From the NCBI RefSeq assembly GCF_021869535.1, contig NW_026262723.1, positions 92,814,001 through 92,878,000 on the forward strand: a DNA stretch of 64,000 nt, written 5' to 3'. The position numbers and the translations under genes are program-made. Of this stretch, positions 63,520-64,000 are shown piece after piece (position 1 is the first letter of the stretch; every line of letters starts with the position of its first letter). The DNA comes from Mytilus californianus. Taxonomy: Eukaryota. The notes beneath the pieces are model-generated. The model did not search any database. It was not told the origin of the DNA and saw only the letters and a list, made by a program, of their open reading frames with translations.

Positions 63520-64000
63520 GTATGTATCATACAGGCTGAACCATTTATTATTTGAACCTACCTATTTATTTAGAGGTCAGAAGTGGTGTATGTATCAATG
63601 TTGGCAGTAAATGGAAACAAAATTAGTCATCAAATAATCTTTTACAATCTATACACAAAACAGCTGGCCCTAAATTAGTTTACTTATTGTAAATCATATT
63701 AGTTTTTTTCCAATTGCAAGATAAGAGTAAGCAATTTATCATTGGAACATTATTTACAATTCTATTATATAAATCAAGTTTAATCTGAATGTCAGTCCAA
63801 TGTATTACAGTACACTTTATATGGACATTAAATGGGTAAAACTCTACAATCATTCTTTCTTCATGTAAAATATGTACACTCTTCTGTAGCACAGAGCTTG
63901 TCTTTGCTTTTGGTCATCTTCATACATCTACAGAACAATTTTCCAAAAGTCTTAAAATTTTGAATTCTATACAAAAACCTTAACTTTTATAGGAACTTAT

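Overview
AT-rich eukaryotic (animal) genomic DNA. The repeat families suggest a bivalve mollusc such as Mytilus (inference from recall, not a search). Almost the whole window is one + strand, intron-rich polycystin-1 (PKD1-type) gene. I traced 40 GT-AG exons by hand from 4466 to 63519; every junction is phase-compatible, giving 13,465 nt (about 4,488 codons) with no internal stop seen. The 5' start and 3' end lie outside the window. Domain order: at least 7 LRR, LRRCT, Cys-rich linker, WSC, PKD, two C-type lectins, Cys-rich LDL-A-like segment, about 15 PKD repeats (5.2-kb exon), REJ, GPS (HL/T), TM1, PLAT, TM2-5 and the polycystin channel-like region. Introns hold MITEs, Helentron-type non-autonomous elements, Kolobok-like and pogo-like elements, SINE fragments and minisatellites. 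Most notable: (1) a Penelope-like 341-bp inverted repeat whose arms each carry a minimal hammerhead ribozyme, one of them sense to the pre-mRNA; (2) at least four tandem duplications spanning splice junctions, creating arrays of up to 16 near-identical splice sites where essentially only the exon-proximal copy is productive; (3) an ectodomain with more LRR and lectin modules than vertebrate PKD1. No prokaryotic features, CRISPR arrays or tRNA/rRNA genes are supported.
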